The notes: generated by a model from the letters alone, not told the origin. Positions 1 through 12,973 are shown, counted from the stretch's first letter. The stretch is 64,000 bases of DNA from Octopus sinensis (GCF_006345805.1 NW_021832231.1:930001-994000); one strand, 5' to 3'. Translations and numbers: made by a program.

Positions 1-1920
1 AAAGTGTCAATCATTCCTCGGGACAAGTCCACTGAGAAGCACACCGCGTGTGGTGAGTCAGTTGGGGTAGTCAGACGATGCCTCCATGGAAGACTGTAGG
101 GTGGTTTATTTCCATCCCACTAGGGGATCACTCAAAGTTGATTTAAAATGAACTTAATTAATTGACTTCTGAGAGCTGGAAATCGGAAATGAATTGAAAG
201 AAACTTTTAGGACATTTGGCAGTAATTTGAGTTGAAATTTTAAGCAAATCAAAGTCTGATGACAAACCACTTTCAAGTGTAGAAATTTCTGGAAACAAAT
301 TGAAACACTTTTTGCAGTTCGAAGGAGCACATAAACGTCTTTATTGCGACATTGTTTGAGATGAGTTGATCTAGAGCAGGGTCTATATATTTATGTTAAT
401 AAATAATTTATATTATTCAAATTTAATAAAATATATTTTAAACTGAATCCTTGTTTGTACGTTCCCAATGCCGCGAACCAAACAAATTAATCCAGTCAAA
501 AAGTCATCTGAGGAAGATTATTATAATTTGAACTCTCCATTAATTCTACATCAGTCAAATGATATAAAAATATTGCCGTTAGCTAAAGAATCTCAAATAA
601 AAAAGCCTATTAAAAAATTGGATTTTGACGAATTTCAAACTAAAAAGTCACATCTTCACTGGGAGATATTAAAAAGCAGACTTTTAAGAGTTTACGATGT
701 CCACAAAACAAGTAAGACTAGTTGACTTAAATGTAGCACAAGGAAACGGACTTGCTCTCACTAAACCACTAATTAAAATATTTAGGAATGTTGTATATCA
801 TAAAAAATACTTGGTTGGTTAGATAGTGCTACTAAATTAGTCAAACAACCAATTTGAGGACATTGATAGCAAAATTTATCTTGCAATCCAACAAAAAATG
901 TTCCTAATTTTAATCAAATTTAAAAGCTTGTATCTTCGAAACCAGAAATTGAGGAAAAGAGTCTGTTGCAGTAATAATGTGAAACAAAAGAGGAAATTCC
1001 TTCGACAAAGGGAACCTTCGATCATCTCGAACATCTTTAAATTCCTCTGCAAAAACGAGTTGTCAAGACCAGCCTGTGCTTTTGGTGGGTCTGAATATAT
1101 TAAAAAGGGTTAATATGATGTATTCAAATGGCAGCGATGGGGAAGTTAAAGGAGGAGATTTACTGCGGATTAACGAGTTAACTAATAATTGTCAACTTAG
1201 GCTTCAAAAATATAAAAATAGTAAGTGAAAATGAATACACTGATCTTTGCACCGACGTCCAAGATATACGTCTGGATGCAGACACCTTCGACGCTATTAA
1301 TGTTTGGTCTTTCTATTCTGATTAAGTTGACTGTTGGATGTTTTTGATATAAAAATTGATTTTTATTTTAACAATTCGGATATTACTGATGTAATATTCG
1401 GAAAAAGGACGAAATATTAGATACTCTTGTTTTATAAACGGCCCCAAAATGTTTTAATCAATTTATGACAAAGGCTTCACTGAAACGGATATGAAGCTGA
1501 ATTAATTCAGAAACTCTTTTTACTTTTCTTTTTTATACTCGACTTTTAGAGGGATCAGATTATTCGATAACTGGCATATGATTTGAATGTTCTTTCTTGG
1601 ACTGCTGTGTGAAAAGTGCTCAAATATCCATTTATAAGTGTTTTTGATTGGTTATTAATGCGGTAGTCTCCTACGAGTTTGTGTTTCATTACGCATGAGA
1701 TCCCAGATATTTATGAAAGAAATTAATTACAATTTTTTTGATTTCTGCTTCATGTATAATTTCTTAATTATAAATAGAGATCTTTTCATTTGCAAACTGT
1801 CTTAAATAAATGTTGCATTTCTTTTACTTATATTAGGTAAAGATGCTTCTCTATACGCGTGTACAAACAGTTCTTTCTTTCTTCCAATTATCTTGATGTT
1901 TAGCGTGAATCTTCATGCAG

Positions 1921-4400
1921 AAGTTCAGGCAGTTTTTTTAATTTATTGAGTTTACTAAATTTACAAATAAGTTCAGGCCGTTTTTTAAATTTATTGAGTT
2001 TACTAAATTTATCTGTTACATTGCAATATTTTGTTTATTATATTTTAATTAAAGTTATTTCACTTTATTTTCACATCACAAATGAAATGTCAAATCGAAA
2101 AAACGTGCACTTTCGACACCTCCTTCTCTTTTTATTTAACCATGGTTTTACTGCTGCAAAAGCTGCTCGTGAAATTAATTTTGTGTACGGGGAAAATGCA
2201 ACGACAAAAAGAACCACCTGTAAGCAGTGTTCCCTCTAAGCGAGTGGTAGCTATGCGCGCTGGGCACATTGCATTGTGCAGCGTTATAAAGTGACGTGTG
2301 CAAAAAATTTTTGGGGGGGGAAAATTTTACAATTAAAAAACCAATGGTTAAAAAAATAGGTCTAGTCAATTGGATATTCTCTTCTGTTTTTATTTTGTAT
2401 CCAAAATTTGTATACTCGATCAAGATCCACTGTATTCCCACTTGTTAATAGAACTTGATTCGCATGATCATCTCCAAATGGTCAATCTCAAGTCTATTAC
2501 GTAGTTTAGTTTTGATACAGTTCATCAAACTAAATCCACGTTCAGCATCAGCACTCGACGCTTGAAATGTGCCACAAATATCCACAAATGTTGCAGTGGC
2601 TGAAAATTTTTTCTCCGCTAGTATATAGTAAATTACATCTTCAAATGTTTTCAAAGCACCAGAGTGCAGTTTTTCTTTTAAAATAAACTTGAGATCTGTA
2701 TATTCCGACTTTAAAATAAACTAGTCGATGCATTCAACAAACTCAAATGCATAATTTTTACTTCGCCAGCTATCAGGAAGTTCTACATATTTTGCCATAT
2801 GATCATGTATATTCATAACAGAAAGTAATGAAGCATTCATGGAGAGAGCCAAAATAACATTGTCAATGAGAATTTTCACTTTTTCAATTTTACTTCGTGC
2901 ACGATCACTCATTTTGAATCTCATCTGTCGGTCATCCTTAGACTCTGTGAGCAAGCAGCTGATTCCAGTTCCTGCTCGAATTCTTCTTAATTTTATTATT
3001 GAATCTGAATGAATTTTATGGGTAATATGTCTCTTCAGATAATCCATTTCCATATATCCCAGGTTTTTCCACTCGCAAAATCACAAGTCGCTTTAGCGTC
3101 GCCACATATTTTACAAACAACTCCGCAGTCTTCGGAAAAACTAAAAATATCACCCAGTTGCACATGTTGGGGAATTTTTGAATCTGGTGTTAAGGTTTCG
3201 ACGTACTCTATCAATCATTCCGCCTTAAAGAAGGAGAATTTTTCTTAAGTCTCATATCAATATTATAGACACGTTTTCGTTTTGAAATGAAAATAAGAAT
3301 ATATAAATTCATATAAAAAATTAAAAAAAATAGCAATTTTTAATATTATACTTTCTACTGCGCAGAAAAAAATTTCGCTGCGCAGCAAGGTGCAAACTGC
3401 TGCGCGGCCGCGCACGCGCGCAGCTTAGAGGGAACACTGCCCGTAAGTGGTTCGCTATGTTCAAAGAAAAATTTTTGATCTCAAAGATGCACCACGTTCT
3501 GGCTGCACAACTGAAATTGATGAAGGACAGTTAAACCAACTTCTGCATCAAGATTCACGCCAAAAAACAAGATAATTGGTAGAAAGTATGAACTGTTTTC
3601 AAACGTGTATAAAGAAGCATCTTTACCTAATGGGAAAAGTTTACAAATGTGGAGTGTGAATACGTCATGCTTTAAGCGGTAATAAAAAAATCAACGAGCC
3701 ACAATTTCCGCAGACTTGCTTGCTCGTCACCACTCAACTTGCTGGAAAATGAACAATTTCTCTATTCAATAGTTACTGGCGATGGAAAATGGTGTCTGTA
3801 TATCAATATACGGCACCGTAAGGAATAGCTTTGTTCCGATAAAACGGCGACACCAGACGTAAAACAAGATGTTCACCCACGTAAAATGATGCTTTGTGTA
3901 TGGTGGGACTGGAATGGAATTATTAATTACGAATTCTTGGAAACAAACCAAACAGTGGACGCCGTACTCTATCTGTCAAAATGGCTATTTAAGAAAAGCG
4001 ACCTAATCGACATCACAATGTTCTTTTATTGCATGAAAATTCACGCCATCATATCGCAAAAATGAACAATGAAGCTATTCAAACACATGACTGGAAAGTG
4101 CTGCCACACCCGCAGTACTCGTCCAATCTCGCACCAACAGATTTTCACCTTTTTAAGTCACTTTCCAATGCAATGCGTGGGTTTTCGTTCAATGATGCAG
4201 AATTGAAAGCTTGGTTAGACGGATTTTTGAGTTAAAAACAAACGATTTTTACAGAGAAGGTATTGAGAAACTTGTTGAACCTCGGAAAAAAGTTATTGTC
4301 ACGAATCGAGAATACATTATTAATTAAATAGTTTTTAGATCTTATTTTTTATTTAATTCATGTAGATTTAAAAAACTGCATGAACTTAGTTTCGAACCAA
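1921..4400 (+). mobile_element. mariner-type transposon, degenerate, interrupted by a hAT element
   Basis: N-terminus MSNRKNVHFRHLLLFLF...AAKAAREINFVYG (2085-2224) resumes after 3440 with RKWF...DLKDAPRSG; later VTGDGKW, KMMLCVWWDW and HPQYSSNLAPTDFHLF motifs. Partial TIR aagttcaggcagtttttt (1921) matches aaaaactgcatgaactt (~4371-4387). Outer ends approximate. Confidence 0.85.
2225..3439 (-). mobile_element. internally deleted hAT transposon
   Basis: 17-bp TIRs cagtgttccctctaagc / gcttagagggaacactg; 8-bp TSD cctgtaag / cccgtaag (one mismatch); minus ORF 2445-2654 has the hAT dimerization motif SSADAERGFSLMNCIKTKLRNRL. Confidence 0.9.
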
Positions 4401-4642
4401 ACTTAATGCTCTACGTTTATGAAACGTCCGTTTGGATTTGTGTTGAAACTGTAAATTAAAGTTTATAGGTTGGTATACTTTTTTAATAAATATTGACGGC
4501 TATGTATAATTTGAAATAGATAGAAGTGCAATCGACTTGAATATGGTTAGATTAATTGTAGCATTATTTGATGGTATGAATAGGTATTAATTATCTGTGC
4601 GCTTTTATATTGACTGAAATTAAAAAACTAATAAATTCTAAA

Positions 4643-5227
4643 ATGGGATGCAGTTTATCTTCCGACATGTCCATACACCATATGAAACGAAACAAACCTG
4701 GTGACAATCCAAGGGCACATAAGAATTTTAACGAAAAGCATATCAAAGTTTTAACGTCTGCATAATTTTAGATTGTTCATAAAACATGGTCTCATCTTTC
4801 CAAAGATCTACTAAAACTTGGGACAAAAATTTTCTTGAGAATATTTGAATTGCGACCAGAATTTAAACAACTTTTTCCGTTCAAAACGGATTGTGAGCTA
4901 ATCTCCGATGACGAGTTCATTACTCATGCTTCTCGGTTTATGCAAGCTGTCAACGCGGCAGTTGTCAACATCAACGACCTCGACGCTACTCTGAGACCAC
5001 TTTTGTTTGGACTTGGAAGAAGACACGTCGATTTTAGGGGATTTAAACCATCATATTGGGATGTCTTTATTGAGGCCTTTCAGTATGTCTGGCGACAAGA
5101 ACTGAAGGAAAATTACACCGATGTTACAAAGGAGGCGTGGAATGCAATTCTTTGTTACATGACTGACACGATGAAAGAAGGTTATCAATCAGAATTAAAT
5201 GATCGAAAAAAGCGTACAGTTGCATAA
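4643..5227 (+). CDS. globin with N-terminal MGC acylation motif (globin X-like), 2 exons, ~186 aa
   Basis: ATG 4643; exon 1 4643-4747; 24-nt GT-AG intron 4748-4771 containing an in-frame TAA; exon 2 4772-5227. Trp A12 (KTW), Phe CD1 (QLFPF), distal His (THASRFM), proximal His (GRRHV). Confidence 0.9.
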
Positions 5228-5904
5228 TCCACAAACTAATTTTACTAATTTGATTATTAACTTGCTTTAATCATAAAGAGTGAACTGTGATCACCGAAAA
5301 AGTTGTTTTAATTGTTCAACATGTGGGGTTTTCTTTCATTTCTCCTAGCTGAAAAGCAGTATAACGGTTTGAAATATGAATTTTTCCCAGAGATGAAATT
5401 AAGTTGTAGTCATTAGGGTGCGACTAAAAGGACCTTATATCTTTTGATGCGATAACATAATTATGCTGTAAGGAAAACTCAAAAACGTGTATATTAAGAA
5501 TGTAAAGGTTAAGAGATCTTTATTGTGGAATACAGGCATGGTCGAAAATGAAAACTAAAACGTTCAAAAGATCATCTTGAGTCATGAAGGAGAAGAACTA
5601 TAAGCCATAATGAACTATGCAAAGGATCTATTTTAGTGCAATATAAAGACGAGTATGTGAGGATACAAGTTCAGTTGCCCCAAGAAGAAAAAATTCCTGT
5701 TAATTATATTGAGTTAATATATTTATCATTGCGATCATTATTTTTTTTAACAAGTGAGTTTAATGATAATGTCAATAAATTTTTGAATTATTAGATTGAC
5801 ACAAACTCATCAAAAAATCATTGATAGCGTGCGTCCCAAAAAGTCAATCCCATAAATATTGGGAGAGGCATCAACTTTTCCCGAACAGTATGTAGAAATG
5901 TAGA

Positions 5905-6492
5905 AAAATCAGTTAGTTAGTTACTGATTTGTAGAAAGCCGGCAGCGACGAGAAAGCGCGCAGCGAGAACAGAACGTTTCCACAGATTCCCGGTTACAAA
6001 CAGGGGAGACGGAATAGGAGGGCCAGGGTAGGAAAAGAGTTCCTCAACTGTGTAAAGCGGTTTTTTATTAGTAGAAAAGTTATGTCCATATGTTTTGTGA
6101 AGAAAAGGTAGTGTTTAGAGCGGATTCTGGATAAATGGATTCAAAGTTCTCTATGGAGGGTCGATTCTGATGCATTGATAGAAGGAGTGAGTGACTAAAG
6201 AAGGATATTCTTTTTAAGTTATCTGAAGCAATAAAGTCGTGTATTTGTTTGGAGATCGGGGGACCATTTTCTTTTATTGGAATCTTTGGTCGGTGAGTGT
6301 GGTGACGACGTGTCTTTGGTTGGTAGAGTGAGTGATATGGTGGATGGGGTGTGAGATATCTTGATGACTTGGAGGAATCCCAGTTAAAGTAGTCGATTTT
6401 TGTGGAGAGGAGGCGTCAGTTATTGCTCTCAGAGCTGAGTTTTGTAGAGTCTGGAGATTGTCAATGTTTGAAAGGAAGGTGTTCCAAGACAA
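5905..6492 (-). mobile_element. 3' fragment of a LINE
   Basis: Minus ORF with LQTLQNSALRAIT (post-RT LINE motif); short (TAAC)n-like tail near 5911. Confidence 0.6.
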
Positions 6493-6530
6493 ACAAGGGT
6501 TGTCAAATTAGTGATATGATTGTTAAATAA

Positions 6531-6645
6531 ATGATCAAACGAAGAAGAAATGATCATCGGGAACGTACATGGCTTTTCCAACGCATATCAATAGCCATCT
6601 TGCGTGGGAATTGCCATTCCATCTTATTCTCTGCTGCTAATTAAA
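6531..6645 (+). mobile_element. short 3' end of a CRE-like (RLE) non-LTR retrotransposon
   Basis: Translates ...RERTWLFQRISIAILRGNCHSILFSAAN*, the typical CRE C-terminal motif, followed by an AT tail. Confidence 0.7.
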
Positions 6646-6799
6646 TTTAATTAATTTGTCTAGTGATCTTTACAAAAAAATGATCAAATTAGTGATCAAA
6701 TTACTAATCTGTTTATAAACACAATTATTTATTGAAAAATCGAATAAAGTTCTTTGTATAGTGTTTTTTTAATTAATTTTTGTAAATCATCTGAAATAT

Positions 6800-9779
6800 G
6801 TTTCAAATTTTTTACAGTATCGTTTGTTATATTTCGAGAAAAGCAATTCGAACAAGAACTTGATTTAATGTCAATTTGAATTAAGTGGTTGGGCTAGTAA
6901 TTCTCATCCACCTGGCCATCTTCAGCATTAAGTATGATATCTTTAACAGTATATTCTTCTTGAAACAGTGCAATGATTTCATCGTCATCAATGACTTTTT
7001 CTGTTTGAAGCATATCTTCTTCAATCATAATGTTGTCTAGCTCATTATTATGTGCCTCAATACTTGGATCTGTGGACAACTCTTCTTCACCATAAAACTC
7101 ATCAAGACCTTGAATAATTCCAACTTTTTTAAACAATTTAGTTTTTTTCACACTTGCCCAAGCTTCGTGAAATAACAAATTACAGTACGACCCCGGTTTG
7201 GGGCAGCATTTTTATCATAGTGCCCCAAAAAGCGGGGGTGCCCCAAAATGCGAGGGTAAAGATTTTTGCTTTTATTTTCTCCTCAATAGATTTTTATTGC
7301 ATTTTAGACTAAAATTAAAATTATTTAATATTAATAAAAATTCTAACATAGTCCTTTCTTAATAAAATTTAAAAATTTTAATAAATCCAACAAAAAATAC
7401 TATTAAAAGTAATCAGTAATTTTCTCACCGAATTGGTTTTTTTTCAGTTCTCCTGATAGGTTTTTTCTAAATTCGTAGTAGATTTTCAAAAATTGTGGAC
7501 ATGTACTGAAAATATTATCTTCTAGAGAATTCACGATGTTTATGATTTCTTTAATTGATGATTTTTTAGATTCATATCCATCATAAGTAATTTTGTCCTC
7601 AATAATCTGTCGAATCCATTGAAATAACATCTGAAATCACGTCATCTATTAATTCTTCGTCCAACTGTACATTATCCGAAATTTTAATCTGTTTTCATTT
7701 ATTTTCTGCCAGCAATTAATTATCGTTGTCTCTGACATCATTTTCCATGCCTCCCCGACAACTGTAATGACTTGTCTAAGATTGACATTATTCAAATTCA
7801 AATCAGAAAGCTGTTCTTTTTCAAATATAAGAGTAAAATCAATCAGTTTATTGAAATAGAGGGACTTGAAGGATTTTATTATTCCATATCTAGGGGTTGA
7901 ATTAAAGCGGTCGTATTTTTGGGAAGAAAAAGTAAATAAACATTGGAATATTCTGTATTTCTGTGACAGCTCGCATTATCCAGTATTAAGACAATTTTCT
8001 CTTTTCATTGATCATATCTTGATTTACTTTCCATAACCATTTCCCAAAAATATCACTAGTCATCCACGAATTTTTTGATGCAGCATATAGTACTCCGTGA
8101 TCCTCAGCGTTAAAATTTTTTAAACACCTAGGAGATTTGAATTTTCCAATTAATAGAGGTTTTAACTTTTCACCAAGTGCATTACAACAAAGGAGAAGGG
8201 TAACTTTCTCTTTGCTCATTTTAATTCCATTGCATTTGTCATTAAATTGAACAAAAGATTTCGACGGCGTTCGCTTTATGTATAAAGCTGTTTCATCACA
8301 GTTAAAAATATTTTCACTTCCTACAGTTTCCAAACAGTTGTCATAATCAGCAAAAAAATTGGAAACCGTAGAAAGGTCAGATGAATTCTTTTCTCCACTT
8401 ATAGTTTTAAATAGCAACTCGTGTCTTTTCTTGAACCGGTCTAGCCATCCATTTGATGCCTTAAATGATTCATAATTTATCTTTTTAGATAATTTTTTTG
8501 CAATCAGTTTTAAGATAGTTCCAGAAATTGGAAGAAATTCATCTCTCAGACGTAGAAAAGTTTCAAAAACTAATCTATCTAATTCATTATTTGGATCATG
8601 TGATTCCTTGATTCTATCGGATTCAGTTAATCCCGCGTCAAAATAATAAACAAAATTTGTTTAATGCGAGAAATAGTACCTGTAATTAATAATTAGTTAA
8701 AAAAGATACCTTTGCTCGTTTTATACTTTTTAGCAAGATCTCTTTCTGAAAATTGACCATGTTTTATATCTTTAGCGATTTTAATTTTTGTTTCATAATT
8801 AATCTTTGAATTCTTTTTACGAACCATACTAAAGTCAAAATAAACACGTGAAATAATAGTATTAATTAATAATTAATAAATAAACTAACATTTTGTAATT
8901 AAATAAATTAAATAAGTGCCCCAAACCGGGGTCATCAAAAATAAATAATAGAATGAAAAATTACTGTTTTCAAAAACTGCCCCTAAAAGCGGGGGTGCCC
9001 CAAAACCCGAGGGTGCCCCACCCATGGGGTCTGCCCCAAACCGGGGTCGTACTGTATTGCGTGACTATGATTAAAAAAAGTCTAATGATTGACGAAGCGA
9101 GTTCATATAATTAACCACTACTTTTTCTGTAATAATGTTTTAGATTTTTTATTATTCCTGCATTATGATGATCAGTTGAGTTCTTTGAAAGCTTTATAAC
9201 TTCAATGTTTGGAAAATTGTTCTTCAAAATGTGACTTGGCGCGTTATAAAGAAGTAAATGAAATTTTTTGTTATATTGCTTCGGTTCATCATCAAGTAGC
9301 AGCATCATGTAACTGGTCATCCAAGCTTTCGAATTTGCATAATAATGACAGTATTTTCCAACATTGAATCCTTTGAAACACCTTGGTTTCTTGCTGTGTC
9401 CAATTATTAAAATATTAAAACCAAGGAATTAAAAGTTAGATTAATTTTGCTGTGTCCAATAACAAAAGGTGTCATTTTAATCGATCCAGTTGCATTAAAA
9501 CATAAAGCAACAGTTATTCAAACTTTAGATTGTTTTACGCCTTTTCTTTGGCTAATAAAATCGTTCTTGTAGGAAATTCTTGAAAAAGTCATGTTTCATC
9601 CATATTTAGTATAACTTCTGGGTCAATTTATCCGAAATTAAATTACTCCTAGCGTTCGGATTGCGGATTATTGAATTTTCGGAACATTGAATCAAATTTG
9701 GCAGAAAAAAGTTGGAAAATTTTTAATTTCAATTAAAAAAATTCGGATTATCGAAGTTCTGATTAACGAGGGTTGACTG
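6800..9779 (-). mobile_element. old pogo/Tigger-like element, host of a nested pogo
   Basis: Terminus (ta)cagtcaaccctcgttaatcag on minus ending 9779; DDE remnants LLLYNAPSH and NAGIIKNLKHYYRK (9111-9320); reading continues LFHEAWASV across the nested insertion. Left end not resolved. Confidence 0.7.
7183..9054 (-). mobile_element. pogo/Tigger-like transposon with a 30-nt intron in the transposase gene
   Basis: 24-bp TIRs cagtacgaccccggtttggggcag, TA TSD both sides, subterminal gtgcccc repeats; HTH, KASNGWLDRFK, NCDETAL, ILDNASCH, QPLDMGIIKSFK; intron 8680-8709. Confidence 0.92.
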
Positions 9780-10080
9780 TATGTCCAGATACGGCGCAGA
9801 GAGCGTTTAGCTTTTTTGTTTATCTTTAAGCGCAAATATTCCACATGCTGAGAAAATGATAGGCACTGATCGAGAAAAGTCCAAGGATTTTCGGTTGTTT
9901 TGTCTCTGTTAAACGTCTGGTCCGATATTGAACTGACGACGGTCAGTCGTGAAAAGGGTAACCGAGGATTTGGCAGAAGAGAGTGTCAAGTTATTATGAA
10001 ATGGTCAAGTTGTCCAAGTGAAGCTGGAGGTTGGCAGAAGCTTGACTAAAAAAATCAGTAAATTGATTCTAACAGTTATA

Positions 10081-11620
10081 TGTCACCGGTTTTTGCTGGG
10101 ACCCGGCATCTCCTTGGACCGCCCTAAAAATCGACTAAATCTCTTTATTTATATCTAAAATTATTAAATAGTTAAAATTTAACCTTAAAATGATGATAGA
10201 TTCCAATTTACTGAAATTTCTTTCTTGTACAAAACCAACATACTCAAACATTCGTTATTAACATCGTTGAACTTTAAATATTTAAATAATATTTGGGTTA
10301 CCAGTCGAAAAAAGTTAAAACTATTTATATTTTTTTTAATAAAAATTAAATTAAAAAACACAAAAAGTATTATTCCGTGATAAAAATACATTTTTATTTT
10401 TGTCCCGTGATAAAATCTCAACTTATCCCAAAAGCTAACCTAACTTCAACCTAATCCCTATCCCTAACCACTAACCCTGTCCCTAACCTATCCCTATGCC
10501 TAACCCCTACCCTAACTATATCCATATCCCTAACCTTATCCCTAACCCTAACTTTATCCCTATCCCTAACTTTATCCCTATCCCTACCCTAACTTTATCC
10601 CTAACCCTAATCTTATCCCTAACCCCAACACAAGCCCCAACCATAATCTATCTCCAACTTTAATCATAAAATAATGATCCTTAGATAGTACTATTAAAGA
10701 ATCTTAGTAAGAATTATTTTTTATAAACAAAACATTAATCAATTCTATAAAGTCTCGCAATATTTGTTCCTTTTACGGCAAATCCTTCTTCAACTTGAAT
10801 ATCAAAATTCATATTTTCTCTGGCAATAACTTTATATTTTTTCGTATCAATTTGATCATATATGGATAATTTCTATTCTGTGATTAGCACGAATATCTTG
10901 CCGTAATAGAACATTATTTCCCACCTAATCCGCATTATAACACGTGTATACAACCTTAATGTCGTTTTCGTCGAATTTCCATTTCCGCTTGTTTTTCATT
11001 TTTTCTCCTGCTTTCGTTAGATCTCGTATGTTGATAACAAATTTTTTTTTGCAATATTTTCATCATCCTTACTTAATTTTCAACAAATTGAATTTCAGCA
11101 TCAGCATCTTCTCCTTAAACGCAGAGAGCTTCCATTTCTTCATTAATTGGTGCATAAATGCCTCTTCTCCCATAAAGATATTGAAAGGATATGCTTTGTT
11201 TGTTTTCATGTCGTGAACGATTATAGTCGTAAACAATTCCTTATAATATCTTTACGGAATCCAAATTTCGCGTCTTCATATACAAAAAAATCGTAGTTTT
11301 AGGCCATTTCTTCGTATAAAACATTCATCACAAAAAAAGGTTTTCTGCATGTTGTTGACTTTTGGTCTCTCCTTCCTATCCAAAACTTCATCCAAATTCT
11401 GGATTCGTTTGTATTTTTTGATTTTTGACAGTATCTCTAGTCAACACCAGAAAACCCATTTTTCGGTGCCATTTAATTTGTTATAAAAGTAATATCCTTT
11501 TTAAAAATAATTAATAAAAGGGTAACCGAGGATTTGGTTAAGAAAGTATTTTATATATTTTTTTTTGAAAATCCGTTGCTGTCCCAGCAAGATGCCGGGT
11601 CCCAGCAAAAATTGGTGAAC
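10081..11620. mobile_element. TIR element with TGT...ACA termini and 5-bp TSD (Ginger2/TDD-like candidate), degraded ORF
   Basis: ~30-bp imperfect TIRs tgtcaccggtttttgctgggacccggcatc / gatgccgggtcccagcaaaattggtgaaca; TTATA at 10076-10080 and 11621-11625; stop-riddled minus-strand coding-like region ~10760-11470. Family assignment tentative. Confidence 0.72.
10430..10650. repeat. degenerate telomere-like (CCCTAA/CCCTAT)n tract
   Basis: About 200 bp of ccctaa, ccctat, ccttat variants inside the TIR element. Confidence 0.8.
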
Positions 11621-11720
11621 ATTATATAATCGTAAAATAAATTTTTATTAATCAAATATTAAAGTTAAAAATTTAAAGAAATTTGTTTTTTAAATTAATA
11701 CATGATTTTGTTCTAATTGC

Positions 11721-12244
11721 ATGTTTAGGTTTTCTTTGTTTATTTTTAGAAAAATTTTAGACGGTTTTTCCAATTTTCACAGTGCATAAAAACTTGTAAA
11801 CGACTATATTCCAAAAAGTGTGTTCTGTTCTTATATTTTTGCAGAATTAGAATCACGTTTGTCGATAAAAATAAACACGTGATTACAGTTTCAGCCAAAG
11901 TTGGGGACACTTTATTACAAATTGCACACGAAAACGACATCCCAATGGAAGGTGTGTCCTGTGTATCTGAGCGTAGGGGCGTGCGAGGGTTCTCTAGCCT
12001 GCACAACATGTCACTGCTATGTGGATAGCGACTATAAGGATTTTATGTCTGAGCCGACAGTGGAGTATTGGAATTGGATAAATTAAATAGGGAAGATGAT
12101 TTGCTCGACAGTGCTCCTTTCCTAACGGAGGATTCACGATTGGGATGTCAGGTTGTTGTTTCAAAGTTGATGGATGGAATGACCGTCACACTTCCGAGGT
12201 TTACCAAAAATTTTTATGTTGACGGATTTGTTCCAAAACATTAA
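11721..12244 (+). CDS. FDX2: mitochondrial adrenodoxin-type 2Fe-2S ferredoxin, 5 exons
   Basis: Introns 11729-11760, 11818-11844, 11952-11976, 12065-12090; EGACEGSLACTTCH, SRLGCQ and C-terminal NFYVDGFVPKH; Arg-rich transit-like N-terminus. Confidence 0.92.
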
Positions 12245-12329
12245 ATTATTAATTTAAAAGTTATTTTAGTCAAATTATAAAACCCATTCATTCGTGGGGT
12301 GATTTAAAAATGCCTAAATGAGTTTACTG

Positions 12330-12880
12330 TATTTAAAAATGACTTTAAAAAAGGAAAATCAGCCTGGTGACGCGGATAGTTAATTGCCTCTCAGATAATT
12401 AAATCATTATTTCCATATTTAAGCTAATACATCATAATACAATTGGTTGGTTATTGAGTTTTAACCTCCAATTTTGTCATCCAGTGCTTTTTATTTCTGC
12501 GTGGAAAGTTAACACTATTTGTAAACAGTCAATTTTTATTTCGGAAATAAAAATGCAATTATTCTCCAGTTTCCATTTTCTTGTATGAGGCTTGAAAGTT
12601 AGAAATTAATTTATGTGCTCCTCCAAAACACTGCAAGGGAAGCTTAAACTGCCCTACAAATAGAAGGGAAGTAGGTAGAGTGCATCGTATTGAAACGAGA
12701 ATGTCACCAGAGGGACTTTTGATGATTCTTTTCCGGTGACCATTAGGTGCCCCCTGAGCGTTTCCAAATACGTCTGAATTGCGAGATTAAAGCGAGTTGG
12801 TGAACCACATAACCCCATGTTAGATAACTAACTTAACTAACGTAGGGAAATGACTAAATAATAATTCATTTTGCAAAGAA
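12330..12880 (-). other. possible small unidentified gene
   Basis: ~75-codon open frame (...GNAQGAPNGHRKRIIKSPSGDILVSIRC...) with intron-like AT segments; no homology recognised. Confidence 0.25.
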
Positions 12881-12973
12881 ACCGGGACTGAAATACTAAC
12901 ATTGGAAATTCTTGTTAGTCTACTGGTTTATTATTTAATATTTAAGTTTATATTTAATTAGTATTGGAGGGTA

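Noticed and set aside
468-1900. Short ORFs and coding-like stretches at the window start
   Set aside because: Stops in all frames and no recognisable motif; probably a decayed TE, but unsupported.
10430-10650. True telomere or chromosome-fusion scar
   Set aside because: Short, highly degenerate, single orientation, and enclosed by TIRs and a TSD.
10081-11620. Solo LTR interpretation of the TGT...ACA elements
   Set aside because: BEL/copia solo LTRs share these termini and 5-bp TSDs, but ~30-bp inverted repeats favour a DNA transposon; not fully excluded.
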